64,000 nt of DNA from an uncultured delta proteobacterium (GTDB lineage: Bacteria; Myxococcota; Kuafuiibacteriia; Kuafuiibacteriales; Kuafuiibacteriaceae), in the NCBI GenBank assembly GCA_963803435.1, contig CAWDML010000001.1, positions 928,001-992,000 of the forward strand, read 5' to 3'. This document shows positions 29,741 to 39,601 of the stretch, in pieces. The translations under genes were made by a program, and so were the position numbers. Under the pieces are notes generated by a model. The model had not been told where the DNA came from and searched no databases. It was given only the letters and a program-made list of their open reading frames with translations. How positions within the stretch are numbered: position 1 is the first letter of the stretch; every line of letters begins with the position of its first letter.

Positions 29741-30532
29741 CTCGTCGAGCGCCAGCCCTCCGCTCTCCGAGTCGACGGGGACGCCCGTGTCGAGCCGCAC
29801 GCTGGAGTCGGAGTCGCTGCCGCCGAGGTCGTCGGCGCCCGCGTCGAGGCGGTCGCGCCGGAGGTCGATGCAGAGGCTACCGCGACCATAGGTATTGCCG
29901 GCGACGTCGGTGGCGACCGCCACGTAGCAGCGCGTGCCCTCGTCACTTCCGGGGTAGGCGAAGAGCGCGAGCGGGCCGGTGCTCGAGTGGAGGGCGGTCG
30001 CTGCGAGGAGCTGTTCGTCGTACGGGGTCACCTCGAAGAGCTGGTAGTAGGTCACCCCGAAGTCGTCGGTCCCGGGCGTGAGGTCGGCCCGCACCACGAA
30101 GCCGAGGATCCCGCATGTGCTGGGCTGCGCGTCGATCCACTCATAGCTGAGCGTGTCGATCCCTTTGAATTCGGGAGGCGTGACGTCCGCCTGGCTGGAC
30201 ATGGTGAAGCGGGCAGTCACCGACTGCGATCCGGGCTGTGTCGAGGTGGCGAAGAGCGTGAAGTCGCCGACCAAGCCGAGCCCGCCCAGGTCGGCGATGA
30301 CGAGCCCGTCCTGGACGGTGGGCGTGAGCACGAAGCCGCTGTCGCCCTGCGTGACGGTGACCTGCGCGTGGCTGTCGGCGCGGCCGAGCAGGACGATCTT
30401 GGCGTTGAGCGGGACGGTTGCACCGGACTCGGGCCGCGTGCCGTCGAAGCCCGGCGGTTGCGCAGGGCACGCGTGGGCAGGGAGGTCGGCGAGCGACACG
30501 ACGATCGCGACGGCGAGGGCAGCCCGGAGCAT
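29498..30532 (-). CDS. Secreted Ig-like protein fused in frame to a transposase C-terminal fragment
   Basis: Signal peptide, Ig-like/FN3-like region and DAG linker, then PASLARKRMRDKL...YARRKSIVEP from the IS. Confidence 0.7.
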   Translation of the reverse strand: MLRAALAVAIVVSLADLPAHACPAQPPGFDGTRPESGATVPLNAKIVLLGRADSHAQVTVTQGDSGFVLTPTVQDGLVIADLGGLGLVGDFTLFATSTQPGSQSVTARFTMSSQADVTPPEFKGIDTLSYEWIDAQPSTCGILGFVVRADLTPGTDDFGVTYYQLFEVTPYDEQLLAATALHSSTGPLALFAYPGSDEGTRCYVAVATDVAGNTYGRGSLCIDLRRDRLDAGADDLGGSDSDSSVRLDTGVPVDSESGGLALDEPASLARKRMRDKLQTRDGKAVYARRKSIVEPALGQIKGARGFRRFSLRSFFKVRAEWTLVCLTHNLLKLYQSKLATVASV

Positions 30533-30698
30533 GGCGCGGATGGTTCCGCGCTCGATCCGATTCGACAAGATGCCTTGGGGAACGAGGTGCCACAGAATTC
30601 TGAGGACGCGCCGAAGTGTCAGAAAGCCCTGTGCACCCAGGGCCGCAGGTTGCCGCTTCGACCTGTCACCGAGCGACGGTCCAGCGCGCCGAGAGGCG

Positions 30699-30714
30699 CG
30701 GCACGGCGATTGCG
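30699..30714 (+). promoter_or_regulatory. Sigma54 -24/-12 promoter
   Basis: CGGCACGGCGATTGCG matches the (T)GGCACG-N4-TTGC consensus. Confidence 0.6.
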
Positions 30715-30726
30715 TTGGGCCGGACC

Positions 30727-33536
30727 ATGTCCGAGATCCGAGGCTTTCGCTCGCCCCCTCTCCACGGCGATGCCGCGATGCGGCTCCGCGAGCTCATCGC
30801 GGAGCGCCCGCAGGAGCTGGTCTCCGCGGAGCTTCTCGACGATGTCCTGAGCCGGGAGCTCCTCGACGCGCGAGGGCTCGACGACCTCGGCTTCCTCCCC
30901 GAGCCCAGCCGGGACCTGGGACGTACGCCGGCGCAGCGGGCGCTCCACGTCGATCGTGACGAGAACCGGATCGAGACCGACGACGGCTATCGCGTCGAGC
31001 TCGCCGACAATCGCGTCTCGATCTACGCGCCGGGAAGCACCACGCCCGACACTGTCATCGACGGGCGCGACGTGACGGAGGCCGACGGGACGACCTGGCG
31101 GGCCGAGACCGGCAACTTCGTACTGCCGAACAACGCGATGCTCCGTATCAAATACGACGGCGACCAGATCGGCGATCTGACCGTGCAGCACGGAGACGGC
31201 GTGGTCGGCGTCGACGGGATGGGATGGGGCGACGGCAGCGTCGAGATCGGTCGGGTGAAGAGCGGAGGCTACGACTGGCGGGTCGACAACGTCGAGCGCA
31301 ACGTCGACGAGCCGACCTACCGCATGGGCGGCTACTTCGACGGGGCGGATGACCGCGACGTCACCTGGAACCGCTTCCGCTACGGCGAGAACGAAGGTCG
31401 CATGGAGGGGCGGAGCGCGGACGGAGGCGAGTACGTCGTCAATCCCGAGCTACGCCCCGAGCTCGGGACCCCCGACTACGAGCGCATGCTTCGCTCCGAG
31501 GTCAAGGATCTTCTACGCGACGATGGCCGGCAACTACGAGGCCGACGGCCTCGACGAGGACACGGCTCGGACCCTCGCGGACACGTATCTCGGGCTCACC
31601 GGCGTCTACGACGACTACGCGAGCCAGATCCGCGCGAGCGAGCTGGGCGGTGTCGACGAGCAGAGCATCTACGGAGTGCTCGACCAGCTGCAGAGCCTCT
31701 ACGACTCGAGCACGCTCTCGACGAACGGCGCGGACGCCCTCTACCAGCAGCTGCTCGGAGCGCCTCAGATGAGCGGCCTCGGTGACGCGGAGCAGCTCGC
31801 GATGCAGGCGATTCTAGCGCAGGTGCTTCAAGCTGCCGGCCAGATGGCGCCCACCGGCGCGAACAGCACGCTCGGCGAGCTCGCGTTTCGTAAGCTCCTC
31901 GAACAGCTCCAGTCTCAGCTGGCCGGCGGCGGCGGATGGCAGCCCGCCGGGCTCGCAGGATCGGGGCATCAGAGCCTCGGCTCGGCGATGGCTGCGATCC
32001 AGGCGATGCAGGCGCTGGCGCTGGCGCAAGCCGCGGCGGCGGGCGCGATGGCGTCCCAGTCCGGAGCCGCCCGCTCGTTCCTGCCTCGGCGCATCGCTCA
32101 GCCGGAGCTCGCCGCGGACGAGCTGATCGATCGCGTGCTCCGCGGGAGCAACGGAGCGCACCGATCGGGTGATCGACGCGAGCGCTTCGACGTTCGCCGA
32201 GATCGCGATCATCGCTCGCGGGATCGCCTGGCTCACGAAGCCGCCTACCTGAAGAACAAGGTCGATCACGAGCAGCATGCGACCGGCACCGCCGAGGTTG
32301 CGGAAGGCCTCAGGGCCGCGAGCCGGACGCCGATCCGGATCCCCGCCGCCAGAACGCCCCCTCGGGTCGTGAATGGGCCCAAGCTCCTGACCCGCGCACC
32401 GGTGGGCGAGGAGGTGGCGGCAGCCGGCAGAGAGGTGGCGGTGATCGGTCGCGAAGGCGCCGTGGTCGCCCGGAGCAGTGCCGCCGCCGCAGAAGGGGCC
32501 AGCGCGCTCTCCAAGGCCGGCAGCGGCCTCGCTCGCGCGGCCGGTCCGATCGCGGTCGTCGCGAACGCCTACGACATCGGGACCTCGCTGGCCGCGGACA
32601 ACGACCGCGGCGACGGCAAGTACACCGAGACCAAGAAGGCGGTCGGCCGAACCGCCGGAGGCTGGGTGGGAGCCTTCGCCGGTGCCAAGGCGGGAGGGGC
32701 AACGCTCGGCATCGCCGGCGCCGCCGTCGGAGGTCCGGTCGGCGCGGCCATCGGCGGTGCGGTCGGCGTGATCGGCGGCGGCATCGCCGGTGCGCTGGGC
32801 GGCTCCCAGATCGGCGAGTGGTTCATGAGCGAAGACGAGCATCCTCCCGAGGGGAGAGGCGGCGAGGTGACGCTCGAGGATCCGAAGGCGACGGCCGAGG
32901 AGATCGAGTCTCATCTCACGCGAGGGATCACGGACTGGGCCGTCACCGACAACGATGCTCGCAAGGCGGTCTCGCTGCTCTCGCACTACGACGACGACGA
33001 CCTGAAACGCCTCACCGAAGAGATGGATCCCGCGCTGCTCAATCGAATGGAGGATCAGCTTCCGGACGAGGACAAGCGGACGTACGCACGGACACTCGAT
33101 CGAATCTCGTCGGCGCGGAACTCGGTGCGCGAACGGCTCTCCGACGGAGAGGTCTCGAGCACGGTCTCCGGCCTGACCGACAAGCTCTCCTACGGGATCG
33201 CCGACTGGGCCGTGACCGACGGCAACGCGCGCGACGTGGTGAACGAGCTGTCCAAGTACGGCGATCGAGAATCTCCGACGGCTGCTCGGCGGCATGGGCC
33301 AGGAGTATGTGGATCGGCTCCTCGCGAACGTCAGCGACGAGGACCAGAAGGCCTACTCGCGAACGTTGGCGCGGAATCCACGAGCTCCGTCCCTCGTGAA
33401 CGCGACGGTGGTCCAGGATCGTCCGGAAGCGCGGCGGCTTCGACCCTTCGTCCTCCGCGACGCTGGTCGGGAGCTCCTCCCGCGGGCTTGCCGTGCCCGA
33501 GCCCTCCTAGCCGGCGAGATCGATCGGTCCGGCTGA
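30727..33536 (+). CDS. Large effector/translocator-like protein (degenerate DUF1521-like domain, glycine zipper, DWAVTD repeats); frameshifts near 31507 and 33266
   Basis: Joins the ORFs at 30616, 31349 and 33294, whose protein-like segments abut at single-base shifts. Confidence 0.55.
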
Positions 33537-33656
33537 GGTCGTGGGATCAGTGCGCCTCGGATTTGGCCCCAGGCGGACCAGCGTTCCGGGAGCGGAGTGT
33601 GACGATTTGGGGTGCCCACGCACCAGCGAAAGGTGGGCATCCGATAAGGGTGGACC

Positions 33657-34103
33657 GTGGGTGGGCAGGCTCGATTCTGTGGCGGCTTCAACCTGCCGCT
33701 CGTCCGCGCCTTCGAGCGCCAGCTCGAGCAGTTGTTCCGAGAACACGGTGACAAACCGGCCTTTCGTCGGGTGGGCGGGAACTTCGTGGTCTCCATCCCC
33801 GGCGTTGCCGAGTGGACGGTCGCGACCTCGGGGCTGAACGCGGGCGTGTTCCGCGGTCTCCGTGAGGACGTCGAGATCGGCTGCCTGCTCGTCTTCAACG
33901 ACCTATCGGCGTTCAACGCGATGGTGCGGTCGACCGAGGCGGTGCGGGATGCGTTCGTGCGAGGCGGGCTCCAGGTTCATGGGGACCCAGCGCTGTTCGA
34001 GAGATACTTGTCCCTCGGAAGAGTGTCGCTCGACCTGCGGGCCGGCAGAGCGGTCGGTCCAGGCGAGAAGTCGAGAGTCAATCGGAGAAAAGCGCCGCCC
34101 TGA
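33657..34103 (+). CDS. SCP2-like sterol/lipid-binding domain protein
   Basis: AFVRGGLQVHGD resembles the SCP2 C-terminal motif. Confidence 0.5.
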   Translation: MGGQARFCGGFNLPLVRAFERQLEQLFREHGDKPAFRRVGGNFVVSIPGVAEWTVATSGLNAGVFRGLREDVEIGCLLVFNDLSAFNAMVRSTEAVRDAFVRGGLQVHGDPALFERYLSLGRVSLDLRAGRAVGPGEKSRVNRRKAPP

Positions 34104-34142
34104 TCGCGGGTGTTGGGCGCGTGGATTCGCAAAGGACAGCAG

Positions 34143-35243
34143 ATGACCAACGTAACGACCATCATCAATCGCATCCTCCCGGCAGCGGGGCTCGAGCCCA
34201 AGCGGCCCGGAGTCACGGACGGCAACTTCAAGACCGCGATCGGAATCGTCGCCAGCCGCGCGGACCAGATCCTCGACACGCTCAGCGCGCGCAACCGCGA
34301 CGCGGACTGGCAGAACGATGGCGACGTGTTCTCGCTGGCGGGGCTCCACGAGCAGCTTGCCAAGAGCTCGGGGCGCGGCGACGCGGCGTTCATGGCCATT
34401 GCCAAGGCGGCCTCCGACGGCCGCGGCCAGTTCACCCGGGAGAGCTTCGAGAACGCGTTGGTCGTGGCCAGCAAGGCGATCGCGGCGCTGGTCCAGCAGG
34501 ACGGCCAGGCCAACCTGGGCGACGACCTGAAGAGCCTGCGCTCCCCGGCCGCCAAGAGCCTGCTCCGGCTGATGGCAGACTTCGTGGCAGATGCAACCCC
34601 GGGCGACGAGGCCCTGTTCACGCAGCTCCAGAGCATCGGCCGGATGGAAGCCGACTTTTATGGTGAGGGCGGCGTCGAGTCGGAGGCATTCCTGATCCCG
34701 GCCGGCCGCTTCTCGGCGCCCAAGCTCACCGAGCAGTCGCTCGAGGACGTTCTCGGCCTGGACATCGGCACGCTGAAGACGGGAACGGAGTTCGTGAACG
34801 GCGAGCTGGCGAGCGCCGCGTACGACGTGGTCTCGACGCTTCGCGACGACCAAGATCTCGCGAAGAGCATCCGCGACGACGGCCACGATCCGGCTGAGAT
34901 CTTCGCGCTCGTAGAGCGGGAGCTGGACAAGGCACCCGGCGTCACCCCGGCGGAGATCGCGCAGCACATCGTCGACGTTCTCGCCGCCAACAACCTGGAG
35001 GAAGGCCCGCGCCGGGTCATCCAGGACGCGATCGCAGCCATGCCGCCCTTCTCGTTCGAGTCGGTCTTCTACGGCCCGAACGACCCCGGACGGACGCTCG
35101 ACCAGGTGTTCCTCCCGGACCTCGCGGGCATGAGAGTCTTGGTCATGAACGCGGGAGACATCGGTGAGGTTCCGGCAGCCTTCCTGAAGCTGACCGCGGA
35201 CGGCGCGCTCGCGGGCGTCACCTCCGGGGTGGTCCACACCTGA
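34143..35243 (+). CDS. Hypothetical protein with possible NuiA-like C-terminal domain
   Basis: AAAGGA RBS; C-terminus LTADGALAGVTSGVVHT. Confidence 0.6.
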   Translation: MTNVTTIINRILPAAGLEPKRPGVTDGNFKTAIGIVASRADQILDTLSARNRDADWQNDGDVFSLAGLHEQLAKSSGRGDAAFMAIAKAASDGRGQFTRESFENALVVASKAIAALVQQDGQANLGDDLKSLRSPAAKSLLRLMADFVADATPGDEALFTQLQSIGRMEADFYGEGGVESEAFLIPAGRFSAPKLTEQSLEDVLGLDIGTLKTGTEFVNGELASAAYDVVSTLRDDQDLAKSIRDDGHDPAEIFALVERELDKAPGVTPAEIAQHIVDVLAANNLEEGPRRVIQDAIAAMPPFSFESVFYGPNDPGRTLDQVFLPDLAGMRVLVMNAGDIGEVPAAFLKLTADGALAGVTSGVVHT

Positions 35244-35246
35244 GGT

Positions 35247-35801
35247 CTACTCGTACACGACGTCGCTCCTCAGCACGTACTTGATCCCGGCGGTGACCTC
35301 CGACGCGATGTGAACGACGCGATGCTGAAAGAGGAGCGCCCTGCCCCTCCTCGGCTCGACCGTAGCGCGCAGCTCGGGAAACTCGGTCTGGCCGCCCGTG
35401 AAGTCGTCGTTGAGATAGACCACGAAGGTCAGCAGCGTCCGCCGTCCTCCCGGAAGCTCGACCTCGGTGTCCCAGTGCGCACCGTGTCGCTCCCCGGGCC
35501 GGTAGCGATAGATCCGCAGCCGGCGGTTGAGGCCGACCACACGCATGCCGCGAAGCACCGGAGGCACATCGCGCGCGATCTTCGCGAACAGCCGGCCGGC
35601 CTCCTCCTGGTCGTCCCACATGACGCGGGTGTTGTTCCGAACCTCGAGGTCGACGATCTCACCGTCGTGCCCGAACACCGTCCCGACCTCCGGCGTGCCT
35701 TGCTCGATGCGCCGCACGTAGTCGGCGCACTCGAAGGCATCGAGCACGCCGTCGATCGTCTGGTGCAAGGGTTGGGAGAGATCGAGAAACCCGGCGTACA
35801 T
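35247..35801 (-). CDS. 2OG-Fe(II) oxygenase (prolyl 4-hydroxylase-like)
   Basis: HWD, LTFVVYLND, GGQTEF, distal His and KYVLRSDV motifs. Confidence 0.88.
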   Translation of the reverse strand: MYAGFLDLSQPLHQTIDGVLDAFECADYVRRIEQGTPEVGTVFGHDGEIVDLEVRNNTRVMWDDQEEAGRLFAKIARDVPPVLRGMRVVGLNRRLRIYRYRPGERHGAHWDTEVELPGGRRTLLTFVVYLNDDFTGGQTEFPELRATVEPRRGRALLFQHRVVHIASEVTAGIKYVLRSDVVYE

Positions 35802-35853
35802 GGCGCTCAATCCGTTCCTTGTTCGCAGATGCCTTCGACTTCCTCGATCTCTT

Positions 35854-36660
35854 TCAAGCCGCATCGAGCTGGCGGAAGCGCTTCACCATGAACCGTGTGA
35901 CGAGCCCGCTGAGCGTGGGGCTCGCGCGGGTGAGGAGCGAAAGGACGCGCGCCTCGCGGGTCACCAGGATGGTGCCGCGGTTCCGCTCGACGCCGCGCAG
36001 GATCTCAAGCGCGCAGCGATCCACCGACATCATCGGCCGGAGCAGCGCCAGCGCCTTCTCCTTGTCCTGTCCGCGGAGGATGCTCCTCGACCAGATACTG
36101 GTATCGATGCCGGACGGACAGACGACGCTCACCTTGACGCCGAGCGCAGCCCCCTCGGCGCGCAGGCCCAGGCTCAGCCCGACCACGGCATGCTTCGAGG
36201 TCGTGTACGGGAGCGCGATCGGGAACGGGAAGAGGCCGGCGATCGATGCGATGTTGACGATGTGGCCGAAGCCTTGCGCGATCATCCGGGGATACGCGGC
36301 GTGGATGCCGTTGATGACACCGAGCAGGTTCACGTCGAGGACGCGGCGCCAGTCGTCGAGGGAGAGGTGCTGTGCCTCGCCGCCGATCCCGATCCCGGCG
36401 TTGTTGAAGAGGAGATCGATGCGGCCCTCGCGCTCGGCGACGTCGCCGACGATCCGTTCGATGTCGGGCCCGCAGGTGACGTCGAGCCGGACGCTGGTGG
36501 CGCGGCCGCCGGTCGCCTCGATCCGCTGCGCCACCTCCGCGGCCGCATCCTCCTCGATGTCCGTGACCACGACACGGTCGCCTCGCCGTGCCAGCTCGAG
36601 GCAGAGCGCTCGGCCGATGCCGGAGCCGCCGCCGGTGACGATCGCGACCCGGTCGGTCAT
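35854..36660 (-). CDS. Short-chain dehydrogenase/reductase
   Basis: TGGGSGIG, NNAGI and YTTSKHA motifs. Confidence 0.9.
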   Translation of the reverse strand: MTDRVAIVTGGGSGIGRALCLELARRGDRVVVTDIEEDAAAEVAQRIEATGGRATSVRLDVTCGPDIERIVGDVAEREGRIDLLFNNAGIGIGGEAQHLSLDDWRRVLDVNLLGVINGIHAAYPRMIAQGFGHIVNIASIAGLFPFPIALPYTTSKHAVVGLSLGLRAEGAALGVKVSVVCPSGIDTSIWSRSILRGQDKEKALALLRPMMSVDRCALEILRGVERNRGTILVTREARVLSLLTRASPTLSGLVTRFMVKRFRQLDAA

Positions 36661-37874
36661 GACGGCGCCGCCGTTCGGAGCGTGTAGGGAGGGACGTCGG
36701 TCTCCCAGAGCGGAGGCCAGGTCACGAACCCTCCGGCGACCTCCTTGTAAAAGCAGCGGAAGCCGACACCACCGTCGTGAAAGAGCTGCTTGAAGTCGCC
36801 GGTCGCGCGCGCCTCCCGCATCTCATCGATCAGAGCCGCGTCCGCGGTGGGATCGAGCGCGCGCGGCGCGTCGTCGAAGATCTTGTTCAGCCGCATCTGA
36901 TCCTCGGGAAGACCGCCGGTGCGGAGCGCCTTGCCGGCGGGGGCAGGGTTCGGCATCGAGCCGCGGAAGGCGGGGCAGAGCGCCAGGGCCAGAGCCTTGC
37001 CGTTCGGCGCCAACGTACCGATCGCGGGGCCGGCGACCGCACCGAGGCCGACGCCGTCGCGCAGGCGGGCGATGTCGTTCTGGGTGCGGCCTTGCAACAG
37101 CTCGGTGGCGTACGCCGCGAGATCCGCCGCGTTGCCGGTGAGCTGCCGGCCCTGCGAGCGGGCAAACGCCGCCAGGGCTCCGGCGACGCCCTTCGGACCG
37201 TCGTGGACCGGTACACCCGAGACGATCATCGCGGCCTCACGCTCGGCGCGGATGCGGCCGAAGAGGTTGTTCGCGTAGAACTCGTCGATGCTGGAGAGCT
37301 TGAGGATCCGCTCTCCCTTCTTCTTCGGGTTCTCGATGCTCGCGACGGTGAAGAGCGGGCCGAACTCTCCGCGCGAGAGGACAAGGTTACCGAGGACGCG
37401 TCGCATGCGCTCGCGGAGCGGGACCGTGCCCTCCTGGAGCTCGAAGAAGCGCGACCAGAGAAAGTCTCTCAGGTCACTCTCGGTGAGGTAGTCCTTCCCC
37501 TTCGCGAACGACTTGAGGACATCGAGACGATCCCGATCGACCGTTCCATCGGGACGGACGATGCCGGAGTTGCTCGACGCGTGGTTCAGGCCGACATCGT
37601 CGAGGATCACGACGGGCGGGAAGAACTGCCCGCTGGTGGTCTTGCTCGCCAGCGCGTTCCCCGCCACCGCGAAGATCTGCGCCGCGAAGCCCGCCTTGAG
37701 ATCGGAGTTGATCCCGAGCTGCGCGACGCCGTCACGCGCGAGATCGTAGGTCACGATCTCCGTCTCCTTCGGGAGACCGAGTACGCTCTGCAGGTGCGCC
37801 TTCACCCAGTCGACCCGACCCGAATACCAAGGGCCGATCGGTCCGGCGCCTGACGACTTCTGGATGCCGTTCAT
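36657..37874 (-). CDS. Caleosin/peroxygenase-like domain protein with C-terminal extension
   Basis: VKAH...GVAQLG...FFPP...NHASSNSG...DG...LTESDL...GEFGPLF...FYANNLF parallels the caleosin motifs; GAGGAG RBS. Confidence 0.55.
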   Translation of the reverse strand: MNGIQKSSGAGPIGPWYSGRVDWVKAHLQSVLGLPKETEIVTYDLARDGVAQLGINSDLKAGFAAQIFAVAGNALASKTTSGQFFPPVVILDDVGLNHASSNSGIVRPDGTVDRDRLDVLKSFAKGKDYLTESDLRDFLWSRFFELQEGTVPLRERMRRVLGNLVLSRGEFGPLFTVASIENPKKKGERILKLSSIDEFYANNLFGRIRAEREAAMIVSGVPVHDGPKGVAGALAAFARSQGRQLTGNAADLAAYATELLQGRTQNDIARLRDGVGLGAVAGPAIGTLAPNGKALALALCPAFRGSMPNPAPAGKALRTGGLPEDQMRLNKIFDDAPRALDPTADAALIDEMREARATGDFKQLFHDGGVGFRCFYKEVAGGFVTWPPLWETDVPPYTLRTAAPS

Positions 37875-37887
37875 CTCCTGCTCCTCC

Positions 37888-38352
37888 TCACGCGACCGTG
37901 GCCGAGGCCAGGCACTCGCGATAGCGACGGTGCACCTCGGGCGTGATCCGCGAACCTTCCGTACAGAGCGTCAGCGAGGTCAGGACGCCGCCGTCCATCC
38001 GCATCGCGTGGAGCTGCACCACCTCGTAGCTCCCCACCGCGGGGAAGGAGAACTCGAGCAGCATCCCGCTGGCCCCATCCTCGAAGACCAGCTCCGACGT
38101 CGCGATCTTGCTCAGGCCTTCGATCGACTGCATCAGCTCATCGCAGACCGTGGACGCGACCTCGGCGAGGTTCTGCTGCTCACCCACCGTTCGCCGGTGC
38201 ACCACGAGGTTCGGCCGCACGGGCATCTGGCGCTGGAGGACGCGCGGTTCCTTCAGGTTGGGTACGTAGGGCGCGCGCCAGGTCGTCATCAGCTCTTCCT
38301 CGACGAACTCCGCGGGTGGCGTGAACTTCAGCACAGGCAGGGACTCTGGCAT
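37888..38352 (-). CDS. DcrB/DUF1795 (PsbP-like) protein
   Basis: PNLVVHR and DGASGMLLEFSF...VVQLH motifs; GGAGG RBS before ATG 38352. Confidence 0.55.
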   Translation of the reverse strand: MPESLPVLKFTPPAEFVEEELMTTWRAPYVPNLKEPRVLQRQMPVRPNLVVHRRTVGEQQNLAEVASTVCDELMQSIEGLSKIATSELVFEDGASGMLLEFSFPAVGSYEVVQLHAMRMDGGVLTSLTLCTEGSRITPEVHRRYRECLASATVA

Positions 38353-38648
38353 CTCGACCTCCGTACACTCAGTATCGGCGCTCCTTTGCGGCGAGGAGTC
38401 GGACGTTCGACGCCCGAGAGCGTCAGAAAAGAGCGAAGCCTCCGAGGGATCAGCGCTCGAAGCGGGCGAGGCGCCGACTGGAGACGAGGTTACATCCGGC
38501 CCGTCCGCGTGATCCCGATCCCGGAGCACGCGCCGTCTCCCAAGGCGCCCCGATGTCGGATCACGCCCCGAACATGGGTCCGGGAGCCCGACTCATTACG
38601 CGCGCGGCGTAAGGCACAGATCGACGCGCTCGACCGCTAATCTCTCGG

Positions 38649-39017
38649 ATGCACCCGATTCTCCAGACACGGGACAAGCCGGTGGCGCCGCTGGAGGTGC
38701 TGCTCCTCTTCCGCGACGTGATCCCCGAGCTACTCCTTCGCACGGACGGCCTTACCGGCCGCTTCGGTTTTCGCATCGGCGAGGCCGCCTGGATCGTCGA
38801 CTTCGACACTCGCCGCGTGCGTGATCCGCTGGGGCTCGCGCCGGAGGAGGCCGAGCTGGACGCTGTATTGGTGGCGAACGCTCGAGACTTCATGGCGCTG
38901 TTGCGGGACGAGTGCGATCCGGAGGTACTGGTACGCGAGCGACGGCTCGAGCTCGCGGGTGATCCAGCGATGTTCCGGTCCTTCGCCGGGCTGCTCTGCC
39001 AGGAGGAGGCTTCGTGA
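38649..39017 (+). CDS. SCP2 sterol-binding domain protein
   Basis: WIVDF, DFMALL and RLELAGD motifs. Confidence 0.55.
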   Translation: MHPILQTRDKPVAPLEVLLLFRDVIPELLLRTDGLTGRFGFRIGEAAWIVDFDTRRVRDPLGLAPEEAELDAVLVANARDFMALLRDECDPEVLVRERRLELAGDPAMFRSFAGLLCQEEAS

Positions 39018-39547
39018 CTCACGTCGGACGGAGGGAGTGGATTGGTCGAGCGCGGATCGACCTCGACGACGAGGAGCGGCCGAAGACCATCGACCTTCGC
39101 GAGACGAGCGCAGGCGAGCTCCCCGCGCTCCACGAGGTGGCTGCTCAGCTCGACCCGGACGGCGGTGTCCGCCTCGACCGCGAGGCGCTCGCGCTCTTCC
39201 TGAGAGGCAACCTGCAGACGAAGATGCCCGGCTCACCGGAACGGGAGCTGCGCCGGAAGGCGGCGGAGGAGCTCGGCGGACTGATGTTTCGGCTCGCGGA
39301 TCGTGGCGCAAACCTGTTCGCCAAGGTCAGCGGCTCACCGAGGTCCGTCCACGTGATGGCCTGCTGCATCCTCGGTCCGAGTCACGGGCTGCGCGCGGCG
39401 AACCAGGCGGCCCGGTCGCGGATATACGAACCTCGAGGCCGTGAGGAGCAGGACCTGCTGGGACGGATCATCCTGAGAGGGAACCGCATCCGGCAGGGCC
39501 TGCCCGCGCCAGAGCTCCTTCCGGAGCCGCGGGACCCCGGCCCGTGA
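39014..39547 (+). CDS. Hypothetical protein
   Basis: GGAGG RBS; GTGA overlap with the upstream gene. Confidence 0.55.
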   Translation: MTHVGRREWIGRARIDLDDEERPKTIDLRETSAGELPALHEVAAQLDPDGGVRLDREALALFLRGNLQTKMPGSPERELRRKAAEELGGLMFRLADRGANLFAKVSGSPRSVHVMACCILGPSHGLRAANQAARSRIYEPRGREEQDLLGRIILRGNRIRQGLPAPELLPEPRDPGP

Positions 39548-39601
39548 GCCGCATCCTCCAATACGTGAGCAGAGTTTCATGCCAAAGAGAACGCGGTTAC
39601 C

